A stretch of DNA of 64,000 nucleotides from Azolla caroliniana (GCA_043228905.1 JBHGNT010000003.1:10230001-10294000), one strand, 5' to 3'. Counted from the first letter of the stretch, positions 37,431 through 50,037 are shown. A program made the numbers and translations. The notes: a model not told the origin generated them from the sequence alone.

Positions 37431-40049
37431 AATAGGTTGCTTACATTAAGGGGGGTGTTAGAATATTAATATTAGAAATAAGACGTTATTATAAATAACA
37501 AGTATATCATAAATAAAGAAATAAGAATAACTAATGTAACCACCTATTAACGTGACTTTTGTTGACATAACTTTTAGTTACAAAGTTACATTCATGTGAG
37601 TTTTGATCACAATGAACATTCCCATTACAAACTTCCCTATGATCTCTATTGCCTATAAAATGTACCATCTACCATGAATACATGTAATCTCTCTTTCTTC
37701 ATAATCTCAAGTCATATGTATCAACTTGTTATCCTTTGTTAGATAGTACTTTAAATTCCTACAAGTCGGGCTCGACCGATTCGGCCCCCTTTCGGCTCGG
37801 GCCCGGTCAATTGGCTCCCATTCAGATCATCTTCCTTTCAACTCGGATCAACTTCCGGTCGGATCGGTTCCCGACTCCTCCTTCTTTGCCGCTTCCGGCC
37901 TCTCCATCGAACTCCACCACGGCCTTTCCCTTTGCCTCCTCGTCGGCCACCTCATTCCCTATGTTTATGTTGGCCTCAAGCCATGTCTCCTCGCGGCCAC
38001 CTCCCATCTCTCCGGTCTCATGTTGGCAATTGGGCACAACTGCCGAAGTCTCTGGAATCGGTGTCGAGGGATCCCGACTTCGTCTGCTACCAATTACCTC
38101 ATTATCCTTGTTGTCGTCTCGGTCCTCCGCTTTCCTGCTGCCACCTTCCGTCTCTTTGGTCTCACGTTGGCTCTCGAGCACAACCGACGAAGTCTCTAGA
38201 ACCGTTGTGGAGAAATCTCGGCACCATCAATCACCGCCAACTTGTCCATAGCCACCTCTGTTTGGATGTCGTTGTCTGTGGCTATCTCTTCCTCTCCATT
38301 GTCCCTGATCATGCAAGCTTTGACTATGCTTGCATCTCCTCCGCTAGATGTTCCGAACAATCGTGTCCCGAAACATCCGTCTACACCCGAAGCAACATTC
38401 ATCGCTTCGTAATTCCCATCCTTATCCTTGGCCATCGTCTCTCCGCAAGGCAGGAGGGTGGTTTGCTCCACATCCTCTCTCGTGGTACCGTGGTACCGAC
38501 CTTCGGCCTCCGCATAGGCCCCATCATTCGTCCCCAAGGAGGCGACTTCTTCCTCGTCATCCGGTCCTCTGGAGCCCGACTCCATAACAAACCCCTCTTC
38601 AGCGTCGACCCGCATCTTCACAATCTCGTACGCCTCCCTTATCAATGCTTCTAGATGTCGCGCGCCACCGAACCCTTCCGCGATGATCTCTCCTCCTTCA
38701 ATGGTAGTGCATTGTCATTTGCAACCCTCTTTTGACCGCCGCTCGTGGGCCGTATTGTGGATGACAATGTCCTCGTATGCTTCTCATCATGTCGCCGGCA
38801 TGCACTCTTTACTTCGGTCCAATCCTTAGTGAGGCCATTTGCTCCATTATCGTCTTTGAGTTCAAGTAAAATGGCCATTCTTTCTTTTCGATCAACCGAC
38901 TTCAAAAATAATAGGACCTTATCCACCCCCACCAATCTTCGATCCCGCTCCCAGAGTTGAGCAAAATGATGCTCGAACTCTTGGAATGCTTGCATTGCGC
39001 TCTGATGGGTCTTCACCGATGCTACCCATTGGTCGGACTCACGCCGACCTCGTCCCTTCGGTTTTTCGTAACCGTATGCCTCCAATAGAGCCTCTTCGTA
39101 GGACACTCACAACTCGTGAGCTTCTTGAAGCTCTCTAACCTCTTCATGTATTGATATGGCCACCACTCAAAAAAAATACTTTAGCCTCGTTGCATCGTCC
39201 TTTGAAAACTTCATGATCATACTCAACATCATCTCCTCGAATCCTTCCTCCATCATCATCTTCACTTGCCGCCCCTTCACGTCGAGTTCACCAAAGATGT
39301 CGCGGAAATCCACGTGTGCGTCTCGGATAAGGCAGGACCACGGGGGTTTTGGACTAGGGAGTAAAAGGGGAAGTGAAAGCTTATCCCTTACGGCCTTTGA
39401 GCTCAAAAGGGTAGGAGCAATGTACGAAAGATTAGCACAATAAAGAACTAGACGATCCAAGGTTTATGAAACTAATTCCATTATAAGGCATGATGCCACA
39501 ATATGATTACAACCACGGCCAATTAGGCCAGACCCAAGCACAACAAGAAGAAATGATAATGACTAAAGAGAGAGAGAGAAGGAAACCCTAAAATTTCCTA
39601 ACTACTACTATTATAGATCTAGGTACTAAAGTAAGCTTAAGATAAGGATAAAGAAATGAAAGATAGTAAGGAGAAAGAGAAAGAAGGGTGCCGAACCACC
39701 CGACCACCCCCGAGCGAAGGGATCGAGACGGACTCGAGCCTCGATCGGCGTCCCATACCACCGCCGTGGCGTCGAGTCGTACCTGGTGCTGGCGCGCTCG
39801 CTACAAGAGTTGACCCACCACACGAGCAGAGTCTCGATGTAGTCAAAAGATGATCAAATGAGGGTAGCTAGGCCTCTTATTTATAGCGATACCCAAGGCC
39901 CCCAAGCAAGTTCACACTTGACCTAATGGGTTGTCTCAATCCCGAGGATTAAAAGTAATCCTCCCCTTCTTTACACTCTCATTTAACCCTCACACTTATC
40001 CACGTGTATAGAATACTACGGTAAATTCTTACCACGGGATATTATATGG

Positions 40050-42650
40050 TCATGCCCGTAACATATTCCCCCTCTTTAAAACATTGCACTCTTGCAATGG
40101 AAAGTTAGGGAAGTTAGTTCTAAGAGTATTTTCGCGTTCCCATGTGGCATCTTTTATTGATTTATCCATCCATTTTATTTTGAATTCTCGGATTTCTTTA
40201 GTACGTAATTTTTTTGTTTTAACATCGAGAATTCTTTCTGGCACATGTGGTTTAGAAGATAATTCTTCAGAAGTAACCAGAGTTTCAGTCGTAACTGTAT
40301 TGTCGCCAGAACCTAGAAGTTCTTTTAGACGACTCACATGAAAGACTGGATGAATTCCGACACCATCGGGAAGAGCGAAACGATAGGCTAATGACCCAAT
40401 GCGTTTGAGGACTGTAAAAGGTCCACAAAACCGTGGGGCTAACTTAGCGCACTTACCCGTAGACAATGTCTTAGAATTGTGAGGTACACGTAAAAATACC
40501 TTCTATCCAGGGTTGAATACACGAGGTTGCCTATGATGATCGGCATAAAAACGCGCTCTATCTTGAGCTGTTTTTATATTATCTCGTGCAATATGCAACA
40601 TATCTTGCATATCCCGAAGAAAGTTTTGCGTACTTCGCAACTCATCATGATGTATATTAACATCAATCGGGGCTCGTGGCTGAAAACCATACATCAACAT
40701 AAAAGGACTATATCCCGTCGACGTATGCTTGGAGCTGTTATAAGCAAACTCCAAAATTGGGAGATAACGTTCCCATTTTGTTGGTTTTGCACCAACGTAT
40801 GCTCGAAGCATGTCCTCAATAATTTGATTTACTCGTTCTGTTTGTCCATCGGATTGAGGATGATCCGTGGAGCTCATGCTCAACGTAGTTTCTAACTTCT
40901 TAAAGACTTGTGTCCAGAAGTCACTAGTAAACTTTGGATCTCGATCACTCACGATATCCATCGGTAACCCATAAAAACGAAACAATTCGTCAACGAATTG
41001 GTAAGCCAATTCAGGAGCTGTTACCGTGGTTTTAGTAGCAATAAATCTGGCCATTTTAGTTAGTCGATCAACGACAACCCAGATGGCATCATGACCTTTT
41101 TGGGTGCGAGGAAGGCTAACAATAAAATCCATGGATATACTTTCCCACTTATTATTGGGAATGTCCAAGGGATGTAAAAGTCCTGCGGCTTTAAGTCGCT
41201 CGGCTTTGTTAACCTGGCACTGGTGACATTTAGTCACATAGCTATGTATGTCAGGACGCATCTTAGGCCAATAAAATTGAGTGGAGATGAGAACGAGTGT
41301 ACGATGTATTCCAGGGTACCCTACTAAGGGTGCATCATGGCATTCAAAAAGAATCCTCTTTTTGACCTCGGGTAAATGTGGAACACAAACCTTCCCATTA
41401 CGGTAGAGCAAACCGTTAGCAATGTGGAAGTATTCCTTCGAGGATGTGCTGGTGTCTGTTCCAGACTCAACTCTTGCCCAGTATTTTGCGAAATAACTGT
41501 CATCAGGATACTTTCCTTGAAGGTGATCATAAAGATCTGATGATATTGCAGTGAAGCTAAGCATGTTAACTTCACGGATGCGACTTAGTGCATCAGCGAC
41601 AGTGTTCATGGAACCTTTACGATATCGTATGGAAAAATCAAAGTCCTGGATGAGATCAGCCCATCGTGCCTTACGACCTTTCAGGTCTTGTTGGTCACAA
41701 AAATATTTCAAGGACTCGTGGTCCGTAGTTACCACAAAGTGATTTCCATAAAGATAATGGCGCCATGTTTTGAGCGCATGTATAACTGCAAATAATTCCT
41801 TTTCTTGAACGGTATACCGACATTGAGCAGAATCAAGTTTCTTACTCTCGAATGCTATTGGTTTACCATCTTGATACAAGACAGCACCTATAGCATAATC
41901 GCTTGCATCGGTTTCAACCTCAAAAGGTTTTGAAGGATCGGGTAAAAGAAGTGAAGGAGCCTTGCAAACCAGGTCCTTGAGTTCCTTAAAGGCAAGGTCT
42001 AGTGTAGCATTCCACACAATAGGTTTTGTAGACTTACGCGTTTGACCTTTTAAAAGATCAGTAAATGGCGTCGTCAATTGGGAGTAATTACGAAGAGACT
42101 TTTGCAAAAACCCCACAAAACCAAGGAATGATCGAACTTCTCGAATATTCCGAAGAGTGGGCCAAAGCTTGATTTTCTCAATGCGAGAAGGATCAATTTC
42201 AACTCCTCGTTTGGTTATGAGATGTCCTAGATAAGTAATTGATTTCTTGAAGAACTCACATTTTGAGATCTTCGCATAAAACTGTTTGTCACGCAATGTT
42301 TTAAAACAAAGCGGACATGTCTAGCATGTTCTTGTAATGTACGGCTATAAACTAAAATATCATCCAAGAAAATAACGACAAATTTTCCAAGTTGTTCTCG
42401 GAAAATGTCATTCATTTCTTGTTGAAAAGTAGCCGAAGCATTGGTCAAACCAAAAGGCATAACCAAAAACTCGTAATGGCCATAGCGCGTACGAAATGCC
42501 GTTTTAGGAACATCGTCCTCACTTATTCGTATTTGATGGTAGCCAGTACGGAGATCAAGTTTCGTAAAATACCGAGCTCCCTGGAGACGGTCAATTAGAT
42601 CGTCAGCCCGGGGCAATGGATACGAATTCTTGATCGTCACTTTATTCAAG
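40050..42650 (-). pseudogene. C2 pol (RT, RNase H, integrase, chromodomain-like tail); one frameshift (~42300) and one stop (40503)
   Basis: ORFs 42227-42649, 40503-42296 and 40050-40466 (PERILD...IKW...ATWE). Confidence 0.95.
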
Positions 42651-43766
42651 CGTCACTTTATTCAAGCCCGGGGCAAACATTAATCGATATCATGATCTCA
42701 CGTCAATACCCCTCTAGACGTATGAGATGAGGTTCAAGATCAGGTTACTATGGTAACACAAAGGTGTTTTAAAAACCATGGGGGTGACAAATAAATGTCT
42801 TTCCCTGATCTCTATATCGATTTTTTCATGGTGGCTCCCCGAGGCTCAACCATGTATGTTCGCGTCATGAATAGTTTATACACGAAAAAAATGTTAATAA
42901 TAAACTATGTTTCGGTGCCCACATATGTGGTTTCGGCTCTTTAAGTCCTATTACGAGGACCCCGAGGTGCACTTAGACCTTAAGTCTAAACATGTGTTAT
43001 AGTCATATGTATCAAGGATGTTGTATGGTCTTGGTCATATTTGAACTCGAGACCTCGAGAACAAATACATTAAACACTTGAGCCAACCAAGTAAGTTGCT
43101 CTTCTCGAATGCTTAATGTTTGATGCGTATAAGAGATATGCGAGGCAATTGATCATATATGTTTTTTTAAAAGAACATATATGTCAAGGGTCCTTATTTC
43201 GCCCTCATTTACCAAAACTATGTTGGTACGTTACCTAACCTCAAGTCTCGTAATTACGATGGCATACGCCAAAGTGCAACCTAATGGTGAAGCCAAATGA
43301 GCCCTTGTTTCGTAGTAGGCTCACGTGGGCCATCACATGGTCACGTCATTACGAATGCCTCTCGTAAGAACGAGCTCATGGTGGCATCGTATCCATGTAA
43401 CGAGGGAGGGATGTTGGATACGTGCGTCATTGGAGCGACCTCACTTGAAGTGGGTCAAGCCCTACGTACTCAACATCATTTTGGCTATTGGCGTTTCTTT
43501 ACGTAACGAAATCGAGGTCGCCAACGGGGTTATCAACAAAAAAATGTTGAAAAAGGAATGGTGACAACGTCATTCTCACAAAAATGTAAGGACGGCCACC
43601 AACATCCTTTTCCCGACCATGACAACTTTCGATATAATCACGTAATAACGAATATACACATATGTTTACTTATCACATATATACGATCAAATACGTATAT
43701 ATGTGACCACATATGCCTATATTAAACATATCGTTATAGTAAATAGCCACAAATGATGTGATCGAG

Positions 43767-44026
43767 ATACGTAATCGAGGTATATACCTCTACGCACACG
43801 AAACATCCACAAATAAGAGATCATCGTAATACGCAATGGAGGTATTGACCTCTTACGCATACAAGACCAAACGCATATCGTTTACAACAAATGAAGGTAT
43901 TAAACTCATACGCAAACGTAACATATGTTCGTGAACGTAATACGTAATTGAGGTATTAACCTCGTACGCATACGACACTCATCACATATTATTAATATGT
44001 CAAACGAGGTATTGACCTCGTGCACA
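43767..44026. repeat. Five palindromic GAGGT-N4-ACCTC repeats at 55-62 bp period with dissimilar spacers, in the C2 5' leader
   Basis: Cores start at 43777, 43839, 43894 (degenerate), 43950 and 44006. Confidence 0.85.
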
Positions 44027-45249
44027 TATGTAAATGTTTTAGATAATCAATTAAAGACCACTACAACATCATTGACTTAATGAAAAAAAATTACATATAA
44101 ACTAAACACATGATTAGATGGGAGAAGAGAAAATAGAAAGAAAAATTATGGAAAGAGTTACCGAAGTTCTTTGTTGATCGTTGTCTGGATCAAGGCCAAC
44201 CGCACAACGATCGATCAGCATCAATCAAAAGACAAATGAAAAACAAAGAAACATTAGTACAAAGCTCTGATACCAAATATTATAGATCTAGGTACTAAAG
44301 TAAGCTTAAGATAAGGATAAAGAAATGAAAGATAGTAAGGAGAAAGAGAAAGAAGGGTGCCGATCCACCCGACCACCCCCGAGCGAAGGGATCGAGACGG
44401 ACTCGAGCCTCGATCAGCGTCCCATACCACCGCCGTGGCGTCGAGTCGTACCTGGTGCTGGCGCGCTCGCCACAAGAGTTGACCCACCACACGAGCAGAG
44501 TCTCGATGTAGTCAAAAGATGATCAAATGAGGGTAGCTAGGCCTCTTATTTATAGCAATACCCAAGGCCCCCAAGCAAGTTCACACTTGACCTAATGGGT
44601 TGTCTCAATCCCGAGGATTAAAAGTAATCCTCCCCTTCTTTACACTCTCATTTAACCCTCACACTTATCCACGTGTATAGAATACTACGGTAAATTCTTA
44701 CCACGGGATATTATATGTTCATGCCCGTAACAACTACCATGATGACCAAACGAACACCCTACAACGAAATAGGGATAAGATGAAGAAGAAATACCCTAAC
44801 TATCTACCTCTAACGACAAAATGGCGACCCCCTCAATGGTGCCTCTTCACCCCTGTTTATAGTGGAAAAGGGGTGAGCTTATTACAAAAGAAGAGGCCAA
44901 ATATTCCACTCTTTTCAAAGAGGAATATTTGTCTTGATCTTCGGAGGAGAGATTGATGGGGCCTTAACTCCATCTCCTCTCATTTTCACACACACCACCA
45001 TGCCCTCTACTTATTACACCCTTACTCCCATCCACCCCTTAGTTTACATGTGCATGTGTACGTAACTACACATCACATTTGTACTTCACAAACATCGTAG
45101 TGCACTTTTAGCACCTTACATTTTACCATTACATTGTTTTTCTTATTCCTATTTACAAATTTATTAAGTGCATGTGATGTTGCACATCTCAGTTTTATTC
45201 GTCCCACTCAGTTTTCTCACCATAGCCGAAAATCCTCACAACAATGGTC

Positions 45250-45410
45250 TCGAAGAATACCTTTCGTTTACTGTAAGCTGCCAACAAGACGATTGGGTTG
45301 ACTTACGATGGCAAAATTTGCCTACAATAATAGTATCTATGCTTCAACTAGGGTTTCCCCATTTCTTGCAAACTATGGGGTTCCACCCGTGTTTTATCAT
45401 TTCCATTCTA
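45250..45410 (+). pseudogene. Short Tcn1-like integrase fragment
   Basis: QQDDWVDL...AYNN-like sequence similar to 5200-5340 (-). Confidence 0.65.
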
Positions 45411-45421
45411 GAGATTTCCAT

Positions 45422-45840
45422 TGTTGAGAATCAAACACAACCTAAGTCTAGTGTGTGAACACACCTTTGTACACTAAAAAGTTGAAGGTTACCACTACCT
45501 TCTACACATTAACTATGTGCCATAGAATCATATTTTATGACACATAACTAATGAGTTTCCACACTCCCCATGACACATGAGCTTCTATAGTTGTGTGAGA
45601 GAGAGTAGGCATTTTAATGAAGAGAGTGGGTGACTTTATATAAAGCATCTCCCTCCTTCCTTTGTAATTTTGTTGTTTTCTATTGTATTTCTTACTCCTT
45701 GTTAATATACATTTGAGCCTTTTTATTTTCCTATCTATCTTGTGTCTTTTCTCTCCTCTTTCACACACACATAACACACATCTCTAATCTATTCCGCATA
45801 ACAAAATTACTCTAGCTAATTATTTACATGGTATTAGAGC
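45422..45840 (+). mobile_element. Orphan LTR plus PBS(Met) of a truncated element
   Basis: TGTTGAG...TTTACA followed by TGGTATTAGAGC (45829-45840); TATATAAA near 45637. Confidence 0.7.
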
Positions 45841-46998
45841 GCATGGTTTAGTATATCCACTAATCCCACTCGACTTATAACACCGAGTCATTTAGAACAT
45901 GTAATATGTCTCATTCCTTTATTGATAAATACATGAGACGTCAAGCATTACAATTTGTTAACAAACTTTTAAGAATGTATCACACATCCGCACATGACTT
46001 TTAAAAAAACATTAATAAAAAACACAGTTAATATTATCAAGATTTCAAATAACATGTATTTTCTCAATTCATACACATTTAGCCAGACATTCGCTTGGAT
46101 TACGAGAATGCTTTCAACTATCATTGTAATATGCTTCATTTTATATAATGTTGAATTTGAATCCAATTGAACAATTTTACAAACACAATTTTAATGCTAT
46201 ATTTCTCTCTAACTCCTATAAAGCTTGTTATATTAAATGAGCAAATTGCATTTTTGGGTATAATTAGACACATATTCACAAGTGAATATCATATTATATA
46301 CCTCACATGCCCAAAAACTTCTACGAACATTATATCCCAATCATATATGAACAACTAAATGTAAGATCGAGCAACAACGTTGACTTAATATTATTCTATA
46401 CACTCAAAACTAAATAACCAAGATTAAAGAGCTCAGAAATCCTAGACTAAAGTTAAATTCAATTATATTAATAAAGAAACAATAATATCCAATATTTGTC
46501 ATACAATCGATAAGTTCACCATCATCTATTCAATAAAAATTATACTTAACAACCACATACTTCACGAGTCAACCAATACAAATATATGATAGACAATTAA
46601 AGTTTGCAAACGAATCACATAGTGTAAAGGAATGGTACTCAAACAAAATAATCTTATATTCCAAAACAAGTTTAGTGTTACAATTGTATAGTTACAAACA
46701 TAGTATGAACCATACGTTACCATCCCTGCATTCGCATTCGTGAATGATTGAACCATTCGCGAAAGAAAAACACCCTCAAAGAATGATAAATACCATACTT
46801 TTGGATTAACTATTTATTATGAGGTAGATAAGCCTAAAAATGGGGAAAAAAACAAAAAAAAACATTAAAAAAATGGGAAAAAAACACAAGAATGTTTGGA
46901 TAACATTCGCATTCATTTTCCAACGTAGGAAAACGAATGTTATACTAGACGAACACGAATTTTATGTACTATGGTTACAAACACAAACTAATATACAA

Positions 46999-49810
46999 TC
47001 ACTCCATTAGGAGGTCTGGAACATGTTGCTCTCCAAGATCAGCTGACAGTGGTGCTGCATCAACATGTCTTGTCTCCTTAGCTGAATCTTGTATATGATC
47101 AAAACCCAGTGCATCTTCAAGGTCGCGTCCTTCCTCGTCTATAAGTTCCATCGGCTCTCTAGAGGCCATCTGAAACATCTCTGTTTCATTGATATGTTTT
47201 GCCCCAACCTCTTGGTGCTAGTCGAGACAATCCCACATGCCTTGGATCTTCATCTTAATAAAATTGACTTGGTCGGGGTCCGTTTCTAATGTGACACAGT
47301 TCCTGAACAGTTTAAGAGCACATGCAGTCGTCGTTCGTAAATAAACAATCACACAAACAAAAATAAGAAAACAAGACAAGAAATAATATTTCATTTTTAA
47401 AAAAATTGATGAAACTTATGAGATTAGTTGTTCCAGAAAATAAGTCAAGAGCCCAATCATCAGGGTTCGAGAACAACTCGACCAATCCATTAATCAATCG
47501 TTGGGGCTTTTGATAAGGGTTTACTAAACTCTTATCGGTAGACACGTGGTGCAATTTCTTCGTTACATCTAGGCACATGACATAGTTGACAACGTTCCGC
47601 TCATTAACATGTGGCCGAGCCTTCTTCTTAGAAATTGCATCATAGTAGCCCACGAACATGTGCTCCACAGCGCTCACCATTCGATCACCCAAGGTACGAG
47701 TTATGTTCATTTTAACCCTATTGTATAATTGAATCAAAACAAGTTAATAAATATGTAGTAAGCAACATAGAATCCATACATTAAATATATAGTAACATAA
47801 TGCTTACCAATGCATATGTTCGGTGGCATGGCATCTCGACTTCAATGCAGTCGTGACCGATAACGTTTGACCCATACTATGAAATATAACAATACGCCAT
47901 AATGGTGCCAAGGTCAACTTTGCAAAGTCCTTAACCATCTTCTCTATTTGCGGATATTTGTATGGCACATCATCGTCTATCGAGCTTGATATTCTGAAGC
48001 CATACGGCATATCCGCCATGAGCAATGTATAATGTCTCTTGGGTAATATGTCAAGCATATTACCCACATCACCATTATATACACTATAATACAATTGTCA
48101 GAAATGATCACTCTAATGCAAAAAGCTTTTTACGGTATGTGAGTCCTCAAGCACCTTGAGCTCCTTTCCTTTTGTCATCTGTTTCTTGTATTTAGCTTGT
48201 TCCAAATGGGTGATGAAGGCGTTAGGTATGACTTCATTGTTATGACTATTCTTCTTTGAACGAGGTGGTTTCTGTAATTATAAATTTTGTAAGAAGAAAC
48301 CCACTATCCAAAAATCAATTAATATTTGTAGAACATACATACCCATTCTCTAAACACGATAAAGAATTCTTCAGGAGCCTTGTAAGATGATGTTTTTGGG
48401 CAAGATTGCTCCACTTCTACCCACGTAGGTAGGGACAATTTTTTCATCATCAGCTCTTGAATCTTCATATACACCTTATGGCTAAAAAACAAAAGAAACT
48501 AAAATTCGAATACAGAACAAATCAACAAAGCAAGCAAATCAAAATGATACATGCACATAGATGACTCACTTTTGAAACTCTGTGACCATTTCGTCAAGGC
48601 TAAACTCCTTGGCGGCCACTCTTGATAATACAAATATCAATAATCTATCATCCTTAATTCCTTGCAGTGACCGCCAAGGAAGTAACTTCATATGTTCAGC
48701 TAACTCTTCAATTACTAAGTCACTTTTATGTGACTTAGATTTCATCTCCACTTGTGTGTTGAGCTTAGCCTTCTTTGATTTTTGACCCTTTATTTCTTTA
48801 CGCTCCCACATACTAAAAATGCGATCTTGGAGGTTCCACACCTCCCCTGTTCTAAAGGCAAGTTGAAACCATGAGTCATATTTTCTCAAGCCTTCAAACT
48901 TGGTGCTTTCGTCAACTGCTATCCCCACTTCAAGTAGACATTGTCGTCGCAATCGAGGATGCAGCCGAGGACCAATCTTTTCAACGCATCAAGGTACTCG
49001 TGATGGAAGAACCTGATGCGCTCGATACATGAAATATTTTGTCTATATTCATTATCTTTGTTATGATCCCAAGCTAACAACTTGGCTTCTTCATGTGTAA
49101 GGCATGCATTACACACTACATTCGGCATACTTGAAGAAAGGGGTAAGAGTATACTCCTTGACCAGTTGACATCGGGCTTCAGCAGAGTGGGATCCTTCAA
49201 TCACATAGTAGGTGTAGTCATCTGCCAAATTGTTCTTGAAGTCAGCAATAGTAGGGCATTGATCTAGGTCGACCATTACTAAGAATGGCACTACAGTCGC
49301 ATGCGGATTAATCTTCATTTTGCTTTTTAAGTTCTGCACATGCACTAAATGTGGCTCTCTAACTTTTAGAGCCCGTCCTTTTGTCTCCAAATCAATGGGT
49401 GGCCGTTGAATAGAGCAGATTGGTAAGTGAAATAATTGTCCTTTACGGACAAGCTTTGTCTTTACAATATTTTCTCTGATCCGATTCTGCTCCGAGGTGA
49501 GTATCCCGATGAAATGTCGCCCCCTGGAAGAAATTACTTCAAGCTTAGCTTCTTCCTCCTCATTTTCTACGAACTCGAGGACCTTCGGCTCGTCCTCTTC
49601 TGGTTGTTGCCTTTTCTTGTACTTCTTATGTTCCGGTTTGGACTTCTTAGCAAATATTGGTGGGGTTGTTGCTTGCGTGACCATCAGCTCTCCCTTAATG
49701 TACGGGCGCAAAGCAATAATCAAGTTGTGTTTTGACTGAACATCCTTTTTTAGGGCTTTAGGGTGGTAGGAGTCAGTTATGAAATTACGTTCATCGATCT
49801 TGACTCTTAC
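46999..49810 (-). pseudogene. ParB/Srx-like domain fused to a beta-class DNA N6-adenine/N4-cytosine methyltransferase; 5 exons, 5' truncated
   Basis: Exons ~49810-48570, 48481-48343, 48271-47808, 47717-47428 and 47336-46999; GT-AG introns 1-3 keep frame; motifs LLMADMPYG (48002-48013), W-V-K...VEH, PYQKPQRLINGLVELFSNPDDWALDLFSGT|GTTTACALKLFRNCVTLE; N-terminal YYVIEGSHSAEA; 2 frameshifts, 3 stops and degenerate intron-4 ends. Confidence 0.85.
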
Positions 49811-49845
49811 TTCATAAGTAGCAATGGCTGAGGTATTTTTTGATC

Positions 49846-49960
49846 TTGACGTTGATTTGCGTTGTCGATTGTTTTATTGTTTCTGCTCTGTGCTTTTGGT
49901 TAGGGAGGATGAGGCCTCTGCTCGCATAGGAAGCCCGTGTGCTCCCAACTAGAGGCTCAT

Positions 49961-50037
<77 letters not shown>

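Larger units (their letters stand above)
2207..37763 (+). mobile_element. Ty1/copia element B (AT-rich), split by a ~31 kb nest of later insertions
   Basis: 5' LTR from 2207 (its 3' end and PBS deleted near 2493) and 3' LTR 37456-37763 are near-identical; TSD GGTCG/AGTCG; PPT AAGGGGGG before 37456. Confidence 0.9.
39609..44732 (-). mobile_element. Chromovirus family C copy C2, young, gag/PR deleted
   Basis: Perfect TSD ACTAC; 455-bp LTRs 39609-40063 and 44278-44732 with about 5 differences; PBS(Met) 44264-44275; PPT before 40063. Confidence 0.96.
37764..45243 (-). mobile_element. Old Phygy-like Gypsy element P0 (5' LTR, PBS-Trp, gag); probably continues at 2114-2206
   Basis: LTR 39298-39608 plus 44733-45243 with ends resembling the 51230 family; PBS TTCACGTCGAGTTCACCA 39276-39293; ORF 38651-39106 homologous to the gag at 56647-57744 (DKVLLFLKSVD, NGLTKDW). 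Confidence 0.8.

Noticed and set aside
37822-38645. Possible env-like or extra gene in P0
   Set aside because: Acidic low-complexity continuation of gag with no transmembrane or signal features; not assignable.
43767-44026. CRISPR array
   Set aside because: Eukaryotic retroelement context, no cas genes, degenerate repeats; kept only as a hairpin array.
45859-45863. CACTA transposon terminus
   Set aside because: Single 5-mer just after a PBS with no matching TIR or 3-bp TSD.
47337-47427. Inverted or U12 intron (reads CT...AC on the gene strand, GT...AG on +)
   Set aside because: T-rich strand bias matches the other sense introns and there is no ATATCC donor; point decay of splice sites is simpler.
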